This document shows, piece after piece, positions 11,009-19,559 of a stretch of 64,000 nt of DNA. The translations under genes and the position numbers were made by a program. The DNA comes from a virus, in IMG/VR virus record IMGVR_UViG_3300027744_000013, positions 1 to 64,000 of that record; one strand, 5' to 3'. The notes beneath the pieces are model-generated. The model saw nothing but the letters and a program-made list of their open reading frames with translations, was not told where the DNA came from and made no database searches. Each line of letters starts with the position of its first letter. Within the stretch, counting starts at the first letter, position 1.

Positions 11009-11329
11009 ATGGCAACAGGAAGATTAGGGACAGCAAACTTAGCAACAGCAACAAATACCACGGTGTATACAGTACCAGGTACAACGTTTGCAGTTGTTAC
11101 AGTGTCTATTTGTAATAGAACTAATACTGCAATAACATGCAGAATAGCATTATCAACTACCACTACACCCGCCGCAGACGAGTATATTGAATTTGATACT
11201 GAAATTCTGCCAAAAGGGGTACTTGAGAGAACCGGTTTGGTTATGCAGGCCAGTCTTAACCTCGTAGTTTGGTCAAGCAATTCAAGCGTGACCGCGGTAG
11301 CTATGGGTATTGAAACACCAACTGCATAA
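11009..11329 (+). CDS. Small virion-associated beta-sandwich protein
   Basis: 106 aa with a GGAG RBS. The T..YTVP....A.V.VSICN...YIEFD..I...GVLERTG pattern is typical of small genes in T4-like fibre regions. Confidence 0.65.
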   Translation: MATGRLGTANLATATNTTVYTVPGTTFAVVTVSICNRTNTAITCRIALSTTTTPAADEYIEFDTEILPKGVLERTGLVMQASLNLVVWSSNSSVTAVAMGIETPTA

Positions 11330-11332
11330 ATA
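11325..11332 (+). promoter_or_regulatory. Late promoter-like element (CATAAATA)
   Basis: TAAATA core upstream of the Cys-rich module. Confidence 0.5.
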
Positions 11333-11354
11333 CACTGATAAAGGAATTTTCAAA

Positions 11355-11681
11355 ATGGGAAGATATATAACAACAACTGGCACCGGCGGTGCAGTAACTA
11401 GGGTTAATGCTGGTACAGCATATACCGCACTGGTAAACGATCGTATTCTTTGTACGGCCGGCGGGCAAACAATTACGTTACCTGCAACTAGTACTTGTAT
11501 TGATGGTGACATGGTACAAATTACTGACGCAGTAGGCATTGCTGGAACTAATAATATTACTGTTGCACGTAATGGTACAGCAAACATACAGAACTTAGCA
11601 GAAAACTTAACAATCAACATTAACAATGCAACCGTAATGCTAGTGTTTAGCGCCGCGTTGGGTTGGACTATTATTAGATAA
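11355..11681 (+). CDS. Small tail-fibre-associated protein (108 aa)
   Basis: AAGGA RBS before the ATG at 11355. The TITLP...GD.V.I.DA.G....NNITV.RNG..I motif is typical of T4-like fibre domains. Confidence 0.7.
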   Translation: MGRYITTTGTGGAVTRVNAGTAYTALVNDRILCTAGGQTITLPATSTCIDGDMVQITDAVGIAGTNNITVARNGTANIQNLAENLTININNATVMLVFSAALGWTIIR

Positions 11682-11693
11682 TAGGCGAACATA

Positions 11694-12473
11694 ATGTCAA
11701 TACTACGAGATTTACTATTAACCACTAGCGTAACCAACATTCCGTTTAAACCATTGCAACTTGCAGTGTTTGGCGGACGTGAGGGTACTGGTGTACAAGA
11801 CGGCGGAAGATGTTGCTGTTGGAAAATTCCATCTGGTACAACTTGGGCTACTTTTGAAGGCTGGGGTGCAGGCGGAGATGGGCCAGGAGCATGTTGCTGC
11901 CAAGGACAATATCGTAGCGGCGGAACTGGTCAGTATGCTAAGAGAACATTGACTGTTAGCGCATCTACTGAATATTTTGTTCTTTGTGCGGCAGGATCCG
12001 GATGTTGTGCCCAATCATGCTGTGGACAATGTGGATTTCCAACGTTTGTATTGTGCTGTAACGGCACACAAACAATGTGTGCGCCTGGCGGATACGGCGG
12101 ATGTGGTGTATGTCACCACATGGGTGGATTGTCATGTACAGGCATTTGCCAATCAGGTCAAGGTGGCGGTAACAGAGGTTGTCAAGGCAATGGTGACATA
12201 TTCTATGGTTCACTATCAGAACCAGATAAAGAAAGTAATTTCTGCGTAAATCAACACTGGCACTATCAGCCAATGACCTTAAAATATGGTCCTAATTTTA
12301 GAAGAAGCTTTGACCCATGCGCCATGCAAATGACACGGATGGGTTGTGACTACTGGGGTAGCCAAGTGCAATCATGGCCCGGCGGCCCAGGAGCTGGAGC
12401 ACAAGCATGTGGCGGCCCATGTTGCTGGGGTTACTTTGGCACAGGCGGTCTAGTATTAATTACATACGGTTAA
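11694..12473 (+). CDS. Cys/Gly-rich fibre-associated protein, paralogue 1
   Basis: Gly-rich domain motif W.IP.G.T...FE.WGAGG, about 26 Cys, ends GGLVLITYG. Confidence 0.75.
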   Translation: MSILRDLLLTTSVTNIPFKPLQLAVFGGREGTGVQDGGRCCCWKIPSGTTWATFEGWGAGGDGPGACCCQGQYRSGGTGQYAKRTLTVSASTEYFVLCAAGSGCCAQSCCGQCGFPTFVLCCNGTQTMCAPGGYGGCGVCHHMGGLSCTGICQSGQGGGNRGCQGNGDIFYGSLSEPDKESNFCVNQHWHYQPMTLKYGPNFRRSFDPCAMQMTRMGCDYWGSQVQSWPGGPGAGAQACGGPCCWGYFGTGGLVLITYG

Positions 12474-12484
12474 AAGGATTTAAA

Positions 12485-13156
12485 ATGACAGTTGAACAAA
12501 AAAAAGAAAACGAAAGAATTGAGAAAACATTTGTATTTGATCTTCCGGATCAATACCTTTATCAAACCAATTCTCTAAACAGAACAGGTACTTGGACATA
12601 CAAAGGCCCAAGATATCTATGGATTTTTGCTGATGCAGAAACTAGAAAAGTCAAAGGTTCGTTCCATTACACTGAACATGATAACGGCGATGTTGTTCCA
12701 ACTCCAGAAGGGCAAATTAAAATCAAAGTAGATGCCAATGTAAATCCTGATATTGCATCATTATGCCATAACGAATGGGACTACGGGGTAGATTTGCCAC
12801 AATACGTGGAACAACTACCTTTGGGACTAACTTATGGTCACAGCGATCCGCAAGCGCCGGACCATACATACGAGTTAACTGAAATACAATATGATGCTGA
12901 AACTGCAACATTTGTAAAACCATATCCCTGGAAGAAACCACATATTACTTGGGAAGAAATCATGCGCTGGCGAGATATGAATTTAAATCATTCAGATCTA
13001 CAGTATAAAAATGCTATTAATCCTGAGAAAAAAGCCAAGTGGGCAGAATATAGACAGTATCTTAGAGACTTACCAGCTACGTTTGAGGGTGTTGATCCTT
13101 GGAAGATTCCATTTCCACCAAGTCCCGACCTTGATGCTGTTCAACCAGGGGTATAA
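12485..13156 (+). CDS. Tail-fibre assembly chaperone-like protein, paralogue A
   Basis: AAGGA RBS before MTVEQ. C-terminal W..I..WRD..L..SD...WAEYRQYLRDLP motif of phage tail assembly chaperones. Confidence 0.7.
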   Translation: MTVEQKKENERIEKTFVFDLPDQYLYQTNSLNRTGTWTYKGPRYLWIFADAETRKVKGSFHYTEHDNGDVVPTPEGQIKIKVDANVNPDIASLCHNEWDYGVDLPQYVEQLPLGLTYGHSDPQAPDHTYELTEIQYDAETATFVKPYPWKKPHITWEEIMRWRDMNLNHSDLQYKNAINPEKKAKWAEYRQYLRDLPATFEGVDPWKIPFPPSPDLDAVQPGV

Positions 13157-13159
13157 CAC

Positions 13160-13912
13160 ATGGCAGATTTAAGAACGCTGTACCCAGATTCTAACTACAA
13201 CATTAATTTAACAATTACAAATCCGTTTAACGTGTTGTACGTTTGGAACACAAGCAACGGTTCGCCATCAAATGGCGGACGTTGTTGTTTATGGACAGTA
13301 CCAGGTGGCGCAACGTGGGCCAAGTTTGAAGTATGGGGTGGTGGTGGATCCGGCGGTGGCGCATGTTGCTGTCAGCAAGCACAAGGTGGTGGTGGATCTG
13401 GTTCATATGCTCGTAAAACTATTCGTGTAGTCCCAGGCCAAGCATACACTATTTGTGCAGGCGGATCTTCATGCTGTTGGAGCGGTTGCTGTGGAATGAC
13501 AGGTTATCCATCATACGCATGTAACCCGAGCGCAACATATCCTTTATGCCTGTGCGCATCGGGCGGATGGGGTGGTTATACACAATGTTTTGCCAGCTGG
13601 ACTGGTTGCTATAGTTGTATTACCTGCATTTGCGGAACCACATGCGGTGCTGACTTTTCACTGTGCGGCGTATGGGGTGGCAACAGAAATACCAGCTGTA
13701 GTTTTGACTCACATCACTTTGCGGCTGAGCCAACATACATTGGTGGCGGAATGAGAATTTCACAAGATCATTGTCGTTGCTGTCCAGGTGACTTTATGGT
13801 CTGTTTTGCAACTTTCCCAGGCGGCGGCGGCGGTACTGCAAATGCATTTGAAGGTCCGTGCTTCTGTAGTTCATGGGGTGCAGGCGGATTAGTAGTTGTC
13901 ACATATAAGTAA
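13160..13912 (+). CDS. Cys/Gly-rich fibre-associated protein, paralogue 2
   Basis: GGRCCLWTVPGGATWAKFEVWGGGG..GACCC, about 27 Cys, ends GGLVVVTYK. Confidence 0.75.
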   Translation: MADLRTLYPDSNYNINLTITNPFNVLYVWNTSNGSPSNGGRCCLWTVPGGATWAKFEVWGGGGSGGGACCCQQAQGGGGSGSYARKTIRVVPGQAYTICAGGSSCCWSGCCGMTGYPSYACNPSATYPLCLCASGGWGGYTQCFASWTGCYSCITCICGTTCGADFSLCGVWGGNRNTSCSFDSHHFAAEPTYIGGGMRISQDHCRCCPGDFMVCFATFPGGGGGTANAFEGPCFCSSWGAGGLVVVTYK

Positions 13913-13924
13913 ACGGGAAAAGTT

Positions 13925-14665
13925 ATGTCAAATTTAAGAGCATTAAAATATACAACAAGTGCAACAAGTGGTAGTACAAACTTTCCTACTGAATTTTTAG
14001 TTTATCACACTAGCATTGGATCTGCACTAAACGGCGGATGCTGTCTAGCGTGGACTGTACCAGCAGGAAAGACTTATGTAACATTTGAAATTTGGGGTGG
14101 TGGAGGAACCGGTGGCAAGAGCTGTTGCTGTCAACAAAGTGACGGTGGTGGCGCAGGTGCATATTCTGTAAAAACAGTATGTAGTGCTACACTAGCAGGT
14201 TGTGTATATACAATTTGCGCGGCAAGTACCTCGGGATGCAGTCAAGAAAACGCAGGCTGCGGTGGATTTACAAGTTACGTTAACGGATATGGATTAAGTA
14301 ATTTTTGTGCGGCAGGTGGTGGGCAAGGGTGCTCAGACTGCTGGAAATACGGCGCTTGTTATCAATGTCGTGTAAGTTATTGCTGTTCATGTGCCAACGG
14401 TGGAGATATTAATATTCCTGGTGTTAACGGTGAAGCAATTCAAACACAATTCTGCGGAATGTGGGGACAAGCCCACAGCCCAATGGCTCCTGCAACAGCA
14501 TCAGGCCCAATGGTTGGCGCACACTGGTGTCAGTGGGGCGGCGGGCAAGGCTGGCCTTGCGCAATGTTCCCAGGTGGTGGCGCAAACGGCGGAATTGCTT
14601 CAGCAAATGTCTGTTGCTATAGCGGTATTGGCGCAGGCGGTTTAGTTTCAGTAACTTACGGATAA
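13925..14665 (+). CDS. Cys/Gly-rich fibre-associated protein, paralogue 3
   Basis: GGCCLAWTVPAGKTYVTFEIWGGGG..KSCCC, about 23 Cys, ends GGLVSVTYG. Confidence 0.75.
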   Translation: MSNLRALKYTTSATSGSTNFPTEFLVYHTSIGSALNGGCCLAWTVPAGKTYVTFEIWGGGGTGGKSCCCQQSDGGGAGAYSVKTVCSATLAGCVYTICAASTSGCSQENAGCGGFTSYVNGYGLSNFCAAGGGQGCSDCWKYGACYQCRVSYCCSCANGGDINIPGVNGEAIQTQFCGMWGQAHSPMAPATASGPMVGAHWCQWGGGQGWPCAMFPGGGANGGIASANVCCYSGIGAGGLVSVTYG

Positions 14666-14669
14666 TAAC

Positions 14670-15686
14670 ATGGCATTGATTAGAAAAACTTTTACTTATA
14701 CATTAGCTGACGATTATCTAGCACAAACTCGTGCATTAGGTAAAACAGCTGAATGGGAATTTATTGGACCTGATACTATTTGGATTCTTATTAATAAAGA
14801 AACTAACAAATATACAGGTAGATACTTTACAGAAGATCAAGACGGTGAGCACATTCCAACTCCGATAGATTGCTATAAGGTTCGCGTTGATTGCAGTAGT
14901 GAGCCATTACTATGTTCATTACTGCATGCCGATGTTGAAAAACCTGATTATGCAGATTTAAATCAGCATGAAGAATTACTACCGGACGGTATGACATACA
15001 AGCGTCCTGAAAATCCTCCACCTGATCACACTCACAGTATTACTGAAATGGAGTTTGATCCAGTATCAATGTCGTACTTAAAACCTTATCCGCTGATTAA
15101 ACCTCATGTGGATTGGGCAGGTATACGTGGTTGGAGAAATAGACTATTAGAAACAACTGACGATAAAGCAGGCGACGAGTTAGATGACGGTTTTCCAGAT
15201 GATTTAAAAACAGCCTGGGCAGACTTCCGTCAAAACTTACGTGATATTCCGCAAGTACACGGTGCATCAAACAAACATGTATATCTTGATTTAACTGCTC
15301 AAGCACCTTATAATCAAGTGGGCAGTACATTTATTAAAGTATCAGATACTACCGGAATTCAAGTGGGTTATGATGTAGGTGTTAAAGGGTGGCCAGTAGA
15401 AGACATTTTTAACGTTGAAGATGATCACACACAAGTAGTAAGTGTTGATCACGTTAATAAAATTGTTGAGCTTGATAAACCGCTAGTGCTAACTCCAATA
15501 GAAAATTTTAACCACGAGTTATCATTTAGTCCATGTCCTGAAACGCATCCGTGGAAAATTAGCGCACTAACAACACCAGACGGTACAGGCGGAGTTGGCG
15601 GACATAACTATCATCCAGACTTTGATCCGGCAGATCCAACTAAGCCATTAGGCGATCCAACAGATCCATTTACAGTTGCAAGATAA
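14670..15686 (+). CDS. Tail-fibre assembly chaperone-like protein, paralogue B, with an inserted beta domain
   Basis: Co-linear with 12485-13156 (KTF..L.D.YL.QT, PTP, PDHT, KPYP..KPH.W, WA.FRQ.LRD.P, PWKI). Confidence 0.7.
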   Translation: MALIRKTFTYTLADDYLAQTRALGKTAEWEFIGPDTIWILINKETNKYTGRYFTEDQDGEHIPTPIDCYKVRVDCSSEPLLCSLLHADVEKPDYADLNQHEELLPDGMTYKRPENPPPDHTHSITEMEFDPVSMSYLKPYPLIKPHVDWAGIRGWRNRLLETTDDKAGDELDDGFPDDLKTAWADFRQNLRDIPQVHGASNKHVYLDLTAQAPYNQVGSTFIKVSDTTGIQVGYDVGVKGWPVEDIFNVEDDHTQVVSVDHVNKIVELDKPLVLTPIENFNHELSFSPCPETHPWKISALTTPDGTGGVGGHNYHPDFDPADPTKPLGDPTDPFTVAR

Positions 15687-15712
15687 AAAAAGCACCCTCA
15701 GGGTGCTTTTTT
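15685..15712. terminator. Bidirectional intrinsic terminator
   Basis: AAAAAAAGCACCC-TCA-GGGTGCTTTTTT between convergent genes. Confidence 0.85.
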
Positions 15713-15713
15713 G

Positions 15714-17534
15714 TTAGTTAGCTACTTTAAGTAGTTTACCGTACTCTGGCAAATACAAGTATTCCATAGCTGATTCTTGTAAAGTCCATAACGCATCGTC
15801 TAATGTTTCAACTAGCGGTTCTCCGCCTAGGTTAAAACTAGTATTAAACAAGATAGGAACACCTGTTTTACTATGGAATGCTTTGATCAAATCATAGTAG
15901 TGTTTATTCTGTTTCTGTGTAACAGTTTGGATACGGCAAGTACCATCTATGTGGATAATACTTGGAATCTTTTCTTCAATCCCCGGCTGACAGTTGACAG
16001 CATACATCATATATGGACTATCTTCCATACCACGCAGATCAAACCATTCATGCACATATTCTTGCAGGATAGATCCTGCAAACGGGCGGAAATATTCACG
16101 ATGTTTAATTTCGTTAACAAAGTCCTTACCGTCTTCATATGTTGGATTAAACAAGATACTGCGATTTCCTAATGCTCTTGGACCGTTTTCACTGCGCCCT
16201 TGGAACATGGTAACAATATTTTTATTTAATAACAGTTCTACAACATCGTCATGCGTTGCATCTACAACACTAGCACCATATTGACTTGCAAGTTTGTTAA
16301 TGTCATCGTTACTATAGTTGTATTCAAATCCTAAATATAGTCTTTCTTTAGTGTAGTCAACTTTAGTAAGCGGTTGTAGATTTTTAAACAACATTAATGC
16401 CGCACCAATAGCTGTGCCTGCATCGTTAGATATTGGCTCAACGTACAGATTAATGCCCTCATCTTTCAAAGCATCCAAATAATAATAGTTAGCAACACAG
16501 TTTAAAGCGTAGCCACCGCTTAGTACAACATTTTTATGTCCAGTATCTTTAACTGCTTTGCGGATCAAATTAGCAACTTGTTCCTGTGTTTCTATTTGGC
16601 AAGCATACGCCATGTCTCTACGGTTTTGTAGCAACGTAACATCATCAAAGTAATCAGGTGTTGCACCAGAACCTTCAATTAAATAGTCAAACAAGCAAGC
16701 GTTTACACTTGCACCGTTTGGATACGTTGGAATAATAAGGTTTCTATTGGATAGCGGTACAATGCTAGTATGGTCAAACAACGGAGGAATTGCATCGTTC
16801 TTTTTACCGTACGGGAATAGTCCCATAGTTTTGCCTGCCTCAATAGGTTGCCATCCGCACCATTTAGTAACAGCTTCGTAAATCTTGGTAATACCAGCTC
16901 GATCAGTAATTACTGCTTCATGCGTTTGACCAGGTTCTTGATAAATTTCACTACTAAACTCTGGAATTTTAACACCAGCCATTGGTCCTCTTGTGCCAAT
17001 GTGTTTATAAACAGTTTTAAACCAAGCGGGCCATGCACAATCAAAAATACTTTCAGTTTCCCAACCTATAGTCGAGTCACCGTTAGCACTTAACGAAATG
17101 AATGTGCCAGCACCGTCTACAATGACAGCAACTGCTTGATCAAACCCCGAACGATAAAACGCAGCCGCCGCATGTAATTTGTGGTGAACTGCACTTAAAT
17201 CAATAACTTGCGGATGTTTGTAAGGATCTTCTTTACGGCTAATTAAACCAAGTTTTCTAGCCATTGCAGTATATACATCGTCACCTGTAAAATCATTACG
17301 TGGCGCAGTTTCTGCTATGGTCTGAGTATGTGCTATCACAATATAATCTAACTTGTTAGTATATTCTTTAATTTTCATCATAGCGGCAAAAGGGCCGCCG
17401 TCATACTTATGGCGACTCAGTCGCTCTTCTTCAATGCTAAAAATGATTTTACCATTTTTTAACAAGCATACGCTACCGTTATGCCCTCTAGCAATACCAG
17501 CAATCCAAACATCATTTTCGTAATTAATTTCCAT
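15714..17534 (-). CDS. O-carbamoyltransferase, NodU/CmcH/TobZ family (full length)
   Basis: HNGS...EEERLSR.K; HHKLHAAAAFY.SGF; VDGAG; GKTMGL; LSGGYALNCVAN; DAGTAIGAA; G.SE.GPRALGNRSIL; KHREYFRPFA; H.DGTCRIQTV; NTSFNL.GEPLV. Confidence 0.95.
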   Translation of the reverse strand: MEINYENDVWIAGIARGHNGSVCLLKNGKIIFSIEEERLSRHKYDGGPFAAMMKIKEYTNKLDYIVIAHTQTIAETAPRNDFTGDDVYTAMARKLGLISRKEDPYKHPQVIDLSAVHHKLHAAAAFYRSGFDQAVAVIVDGAGTFISLSANGDSTIGWETESIFDCAWPAWFKTVYKHIGTRGPMAGVKIPEFSSEIYQEPGQTHEAVITDRAGITKIYEAVTKWCGWQPIEAGKTMGLFPYGKKNDAIPPLFDHTSIVPLSNRNLIIPTYPNGASVNACLFDYLIEGSGATPDYFDDVTLLQNRRDMAYACQIETQEQVANLIRKAVKDTGHKNVVLSGGYALNCVANYYYLDALKDEGINLYVEPISNDAGTAIGAALMLFKNLQPLTKVDYTKERLYLGFEYNYSNDDINKLASQYGASVVDATHDDVVELLLNKNIVTMFQGRSENGPRALGNRSILFNPTYEDGKDFVNEIKHREYFRPFAGSILQEYVHEWFDLRGMEDSPYMMYAVNCQPGIEEKIPSIIHIDGTCRIQTVTQKQNKHYYDLIKAFHSKTGVPILFNTSFNLGGEPLVETLDDALWTLQESAMEYLYLPEYGKLLKVAN

Positions 17535-17543
17535 ATTATTCCT

Positions 17544-18458
17544 TTAAAATCCTAATGGTATTCCAGGCCAAGTAATCTTATTACACGACTCCGGAAATCC
17601 TTGTTTTCTACCCAATGCAAACTCAAACGCTGTTTTATCAAACATAAATTTTTTATAAATTGGTTCAATATTATCTACTAATTCTTGGGCTAGATGCAAT
17701 GTACTATCAGAAATTTTTAATTTTTCCTTTAACTCTTGCTTAATCCATCCTAGGTGTTGTATTGTACTGGGATGTAGATCTATGTAGTGCGTTCCGTTAT
17801 AGTCTATAAAGTTAAAAGTATGTTCGGGGCATGACTGACAATATAATTCTAGCGGCATTAGCCAATGTTCAGCATGATCTTGCCATATTATTTTATCGTA
17901 TATTTCAAGATCTGGTAACATGTCCCATGCACTGTAATTGTCGCCACGCTTGTGATTAGTAACTAGTTCAGTCTTTTCACCGTATCCGTCCTTATCTCGA
18001 AGATCCTTGCCCATATCTCTAACGTCACCAATACTGGTCATAAACCATTTACAGCCGATTCCTTTTAAAAAACCTTGTGTTAACGAGATAAAATTTAAGG
18101 TATGCATAAAATAAGCAGGCTCATAGAAGAAAGTATCTATCCATTTTTGATCGTATAACTTTATGTTATGATAATTGAAAATACTTCCGTATGTTTTCCA
18201 ACCTCTTACTCTACCAGGCGTACTTTCTTGGTGCCACCAGTCATTTCTAAGATGACTAGACCATTGAACAATAACTACATCATCTTTGGTAAAATGGTGC
18301 CTGGCGTTGGCCTCGGACACTCGTTCAGCAATAGCCTGATTACCAATCCCCGATAATCCATAGTTATACAGTTCATCAAATTCTAGTTCTAGAAAGTTGG
18401 CCCAAGTAGGCCAACTGTAACTAGTATAACTACAACCAAATGCAAAAACTCTTTTCAT
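17544..18458 (-). CDS. SGNH/GDSL-like hypothetical protein
   Basis: N-terminal FGCSYT...W, N.G.SG.GN, V.VQWS...R.D and a late D.HP motif. Confidence 0.55.
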   Translation of the reverse strand: MKRVFAFGCSYTSYSWPTWANFLELEFDELYNYGLSGIGNQAIAERVSEANARHHFTKDDVVIVQWSSHLRNDWWHQESTPGRVRGWKTYGSIFNYHNIKLYDQKWIDTFFYEPAYFMHTLNFISLTQGFLKGIGCKWFMTSIGDVRDMGKDLRDKDGYGEKTELVTNHKRGDNYSAWDMLPDLEIYDKIIWQDHAEHWLMPLELYCQSCPEHTFNFIDYNGTHYIDLHPSTIQHLGWIKQELKEKLKISDSTLHLAQELVDNIEPIYKKFMFDKTAFEFALGRKQGFPESCNKITWPGIPLGF

Positions 18459-18461
18459 ATG

Positions 18462-19463
18462 TTAGTTACAGCATCCAGCATCGGAGTTAGATGAGGCAAT
18501 TTCTTGAACAGTACTAGTTGACGCTGAAAATTTCTTAATGCCAGCATCTACTGAATCAACGATGGCTTTTTCTATAGCATCATTCATGCTCATAATACCG
18601 TCATTGCCACGATCAGCAACTTCGTCCATTGTAATTCTAATCGGGCTATATTTACGAATATCGCCGCCCATGTCTAATACATCAAACTTTTCGTAGTTTG
18701 GATATGACACATTTATAGAAAAGGTTGAACCCACAACAACTGTGGCAGGCTTATCTAATGCACATGCTAAATGTTGCCCGACTGAATCACAACCTAAGAA
18801 GTAATCTGCGTTGGCAATAACTCCTGCCCACTGGCGAAGTGTGAGGTTTTGTGGGTGTGCAACAGGATCTTTACAGCCATGCTTGCTAAAGTCAATACCA
18901 ATCTCACTCATTAAAATTACAGAGTATTTTCTTTGTAACATCTTTACAATATTAATAACATGACCGCCTTCAAAGCTACGGGCTGAACTGTCTAAAATAA
19001 GACCGTTTTGACTTACAACTCCACGTCCAAACGGTTGAAAAATAACTACCTTATCTTTTTTAGTCTTTTCTTTTACTTCTTTAATAACACCAAAGCCAGT
19101 AAACATCTCTTCGTTAGAAAGACGCATTTTTGGATGCGGCAATGCTCTTATACCCTTGTTGTTAATGGCAATATCGTATGCTTGTGCAAGTGAACATTTT
19201 TGATTAAAATATTCCCATACTCTATATGGTTCCGGACTTACAAGGTCCATGTTAATTAACTTGTCTTCAAACAAGTTTTTGTGCCAGTGATCATACGCAC
19301 GTTCGTGTAAAATTGGATGGCCTTTATAAAAATCAGTGCCTCCTTCACATACTATGATAAAATCTTTACCGTTTTCTTCAGCATATTTCTCTAATGCTGG
19401 GATTGAGCATACTACACGTCCGGCTCCGCCGTTAATAAAGAATGCTTTGGCTCGTTGGGTCAT
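18462..19463 (-). CDS. GT-B glycosyltransferase, GT9 (heptosyltransferase)-like
   Basis: N-terminal GGAGR...S.PAL and C-terminal LRQWAGVIANADYFLGCDSVGQHLACALDKP. Confidence 0.7.
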   Translation of the reverse strand: MTQRAKAFFINGGAGRVVCSIPALEKYAEENGKDFIIVCEGGTDFYKGHPILHERAYDHWHKNLFEDKLINMDLVSPEPYRVWEYFNQKCSLAQAYDIAINNKGIRALPHPKMRLSNEEMFTGFGVIKEVKEKTKKDKVVIFQPFGRGVVSQNGLILDSSARSFEGGHVINIVKMLQRKYSVILMSEIGIDFSKHGCKDPVAHPQNLTLRQWAGVIANADYFLGCDSVGQHLACALDKPATVVVGSTFSINVSYPNYEKFDVLDMGGDIRKYSPIRITMDEVADRGNDGIMSMNDAIEKAIVDSVDAGIKKFSASTSTVQEIASSNSDAGCCN

Positions 19464-19486
19464 AAATCGTCCTATAATTATACTAC

Positions 19487-19515
19487 ACTATAATTTAGCA
19501 TATTTTAGAAAGCAA
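19487..19515 (-). promoter_or_regulatory. Sigma70-like promoter for the modification cassette
   Basis: TTGCTT-N17-TATAGT on the minus strand. Confidence 0.5.
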
Positions 19516-19533
19516 AGCAAGAGTTTTGAGTCG

Positions 19534-19541
19534 GATAAATA
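19534..19541 (+). promoter_or_regulatory. Late promoter-like element (GATAAATA)
   Basis: Lies upstream of the structural gene at 19560. Confidence 0.55.
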
Positions 19542-19559
19542 TACTATAAAGAGACCAAT

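Noticed and set aside
12374-12484. N-terminal extensions in the ORF track (11310, 12374, 32664, 45119, 52484, 55052, 56422)
   Set aside because: They overlap upstream genes or promoters. Downstream ATGs have better RBS, coupling or promoter context.
11694-14665. Diversity-generating retroelement or metallothionein explanation for the Cys-rich paralogues
   Set aside because: There is no reverse transcriptase and no near-identical template/variable repeat pair. The proteins have a Gly-rich adhesin-type scaffold and are far larger than metallothioneins.
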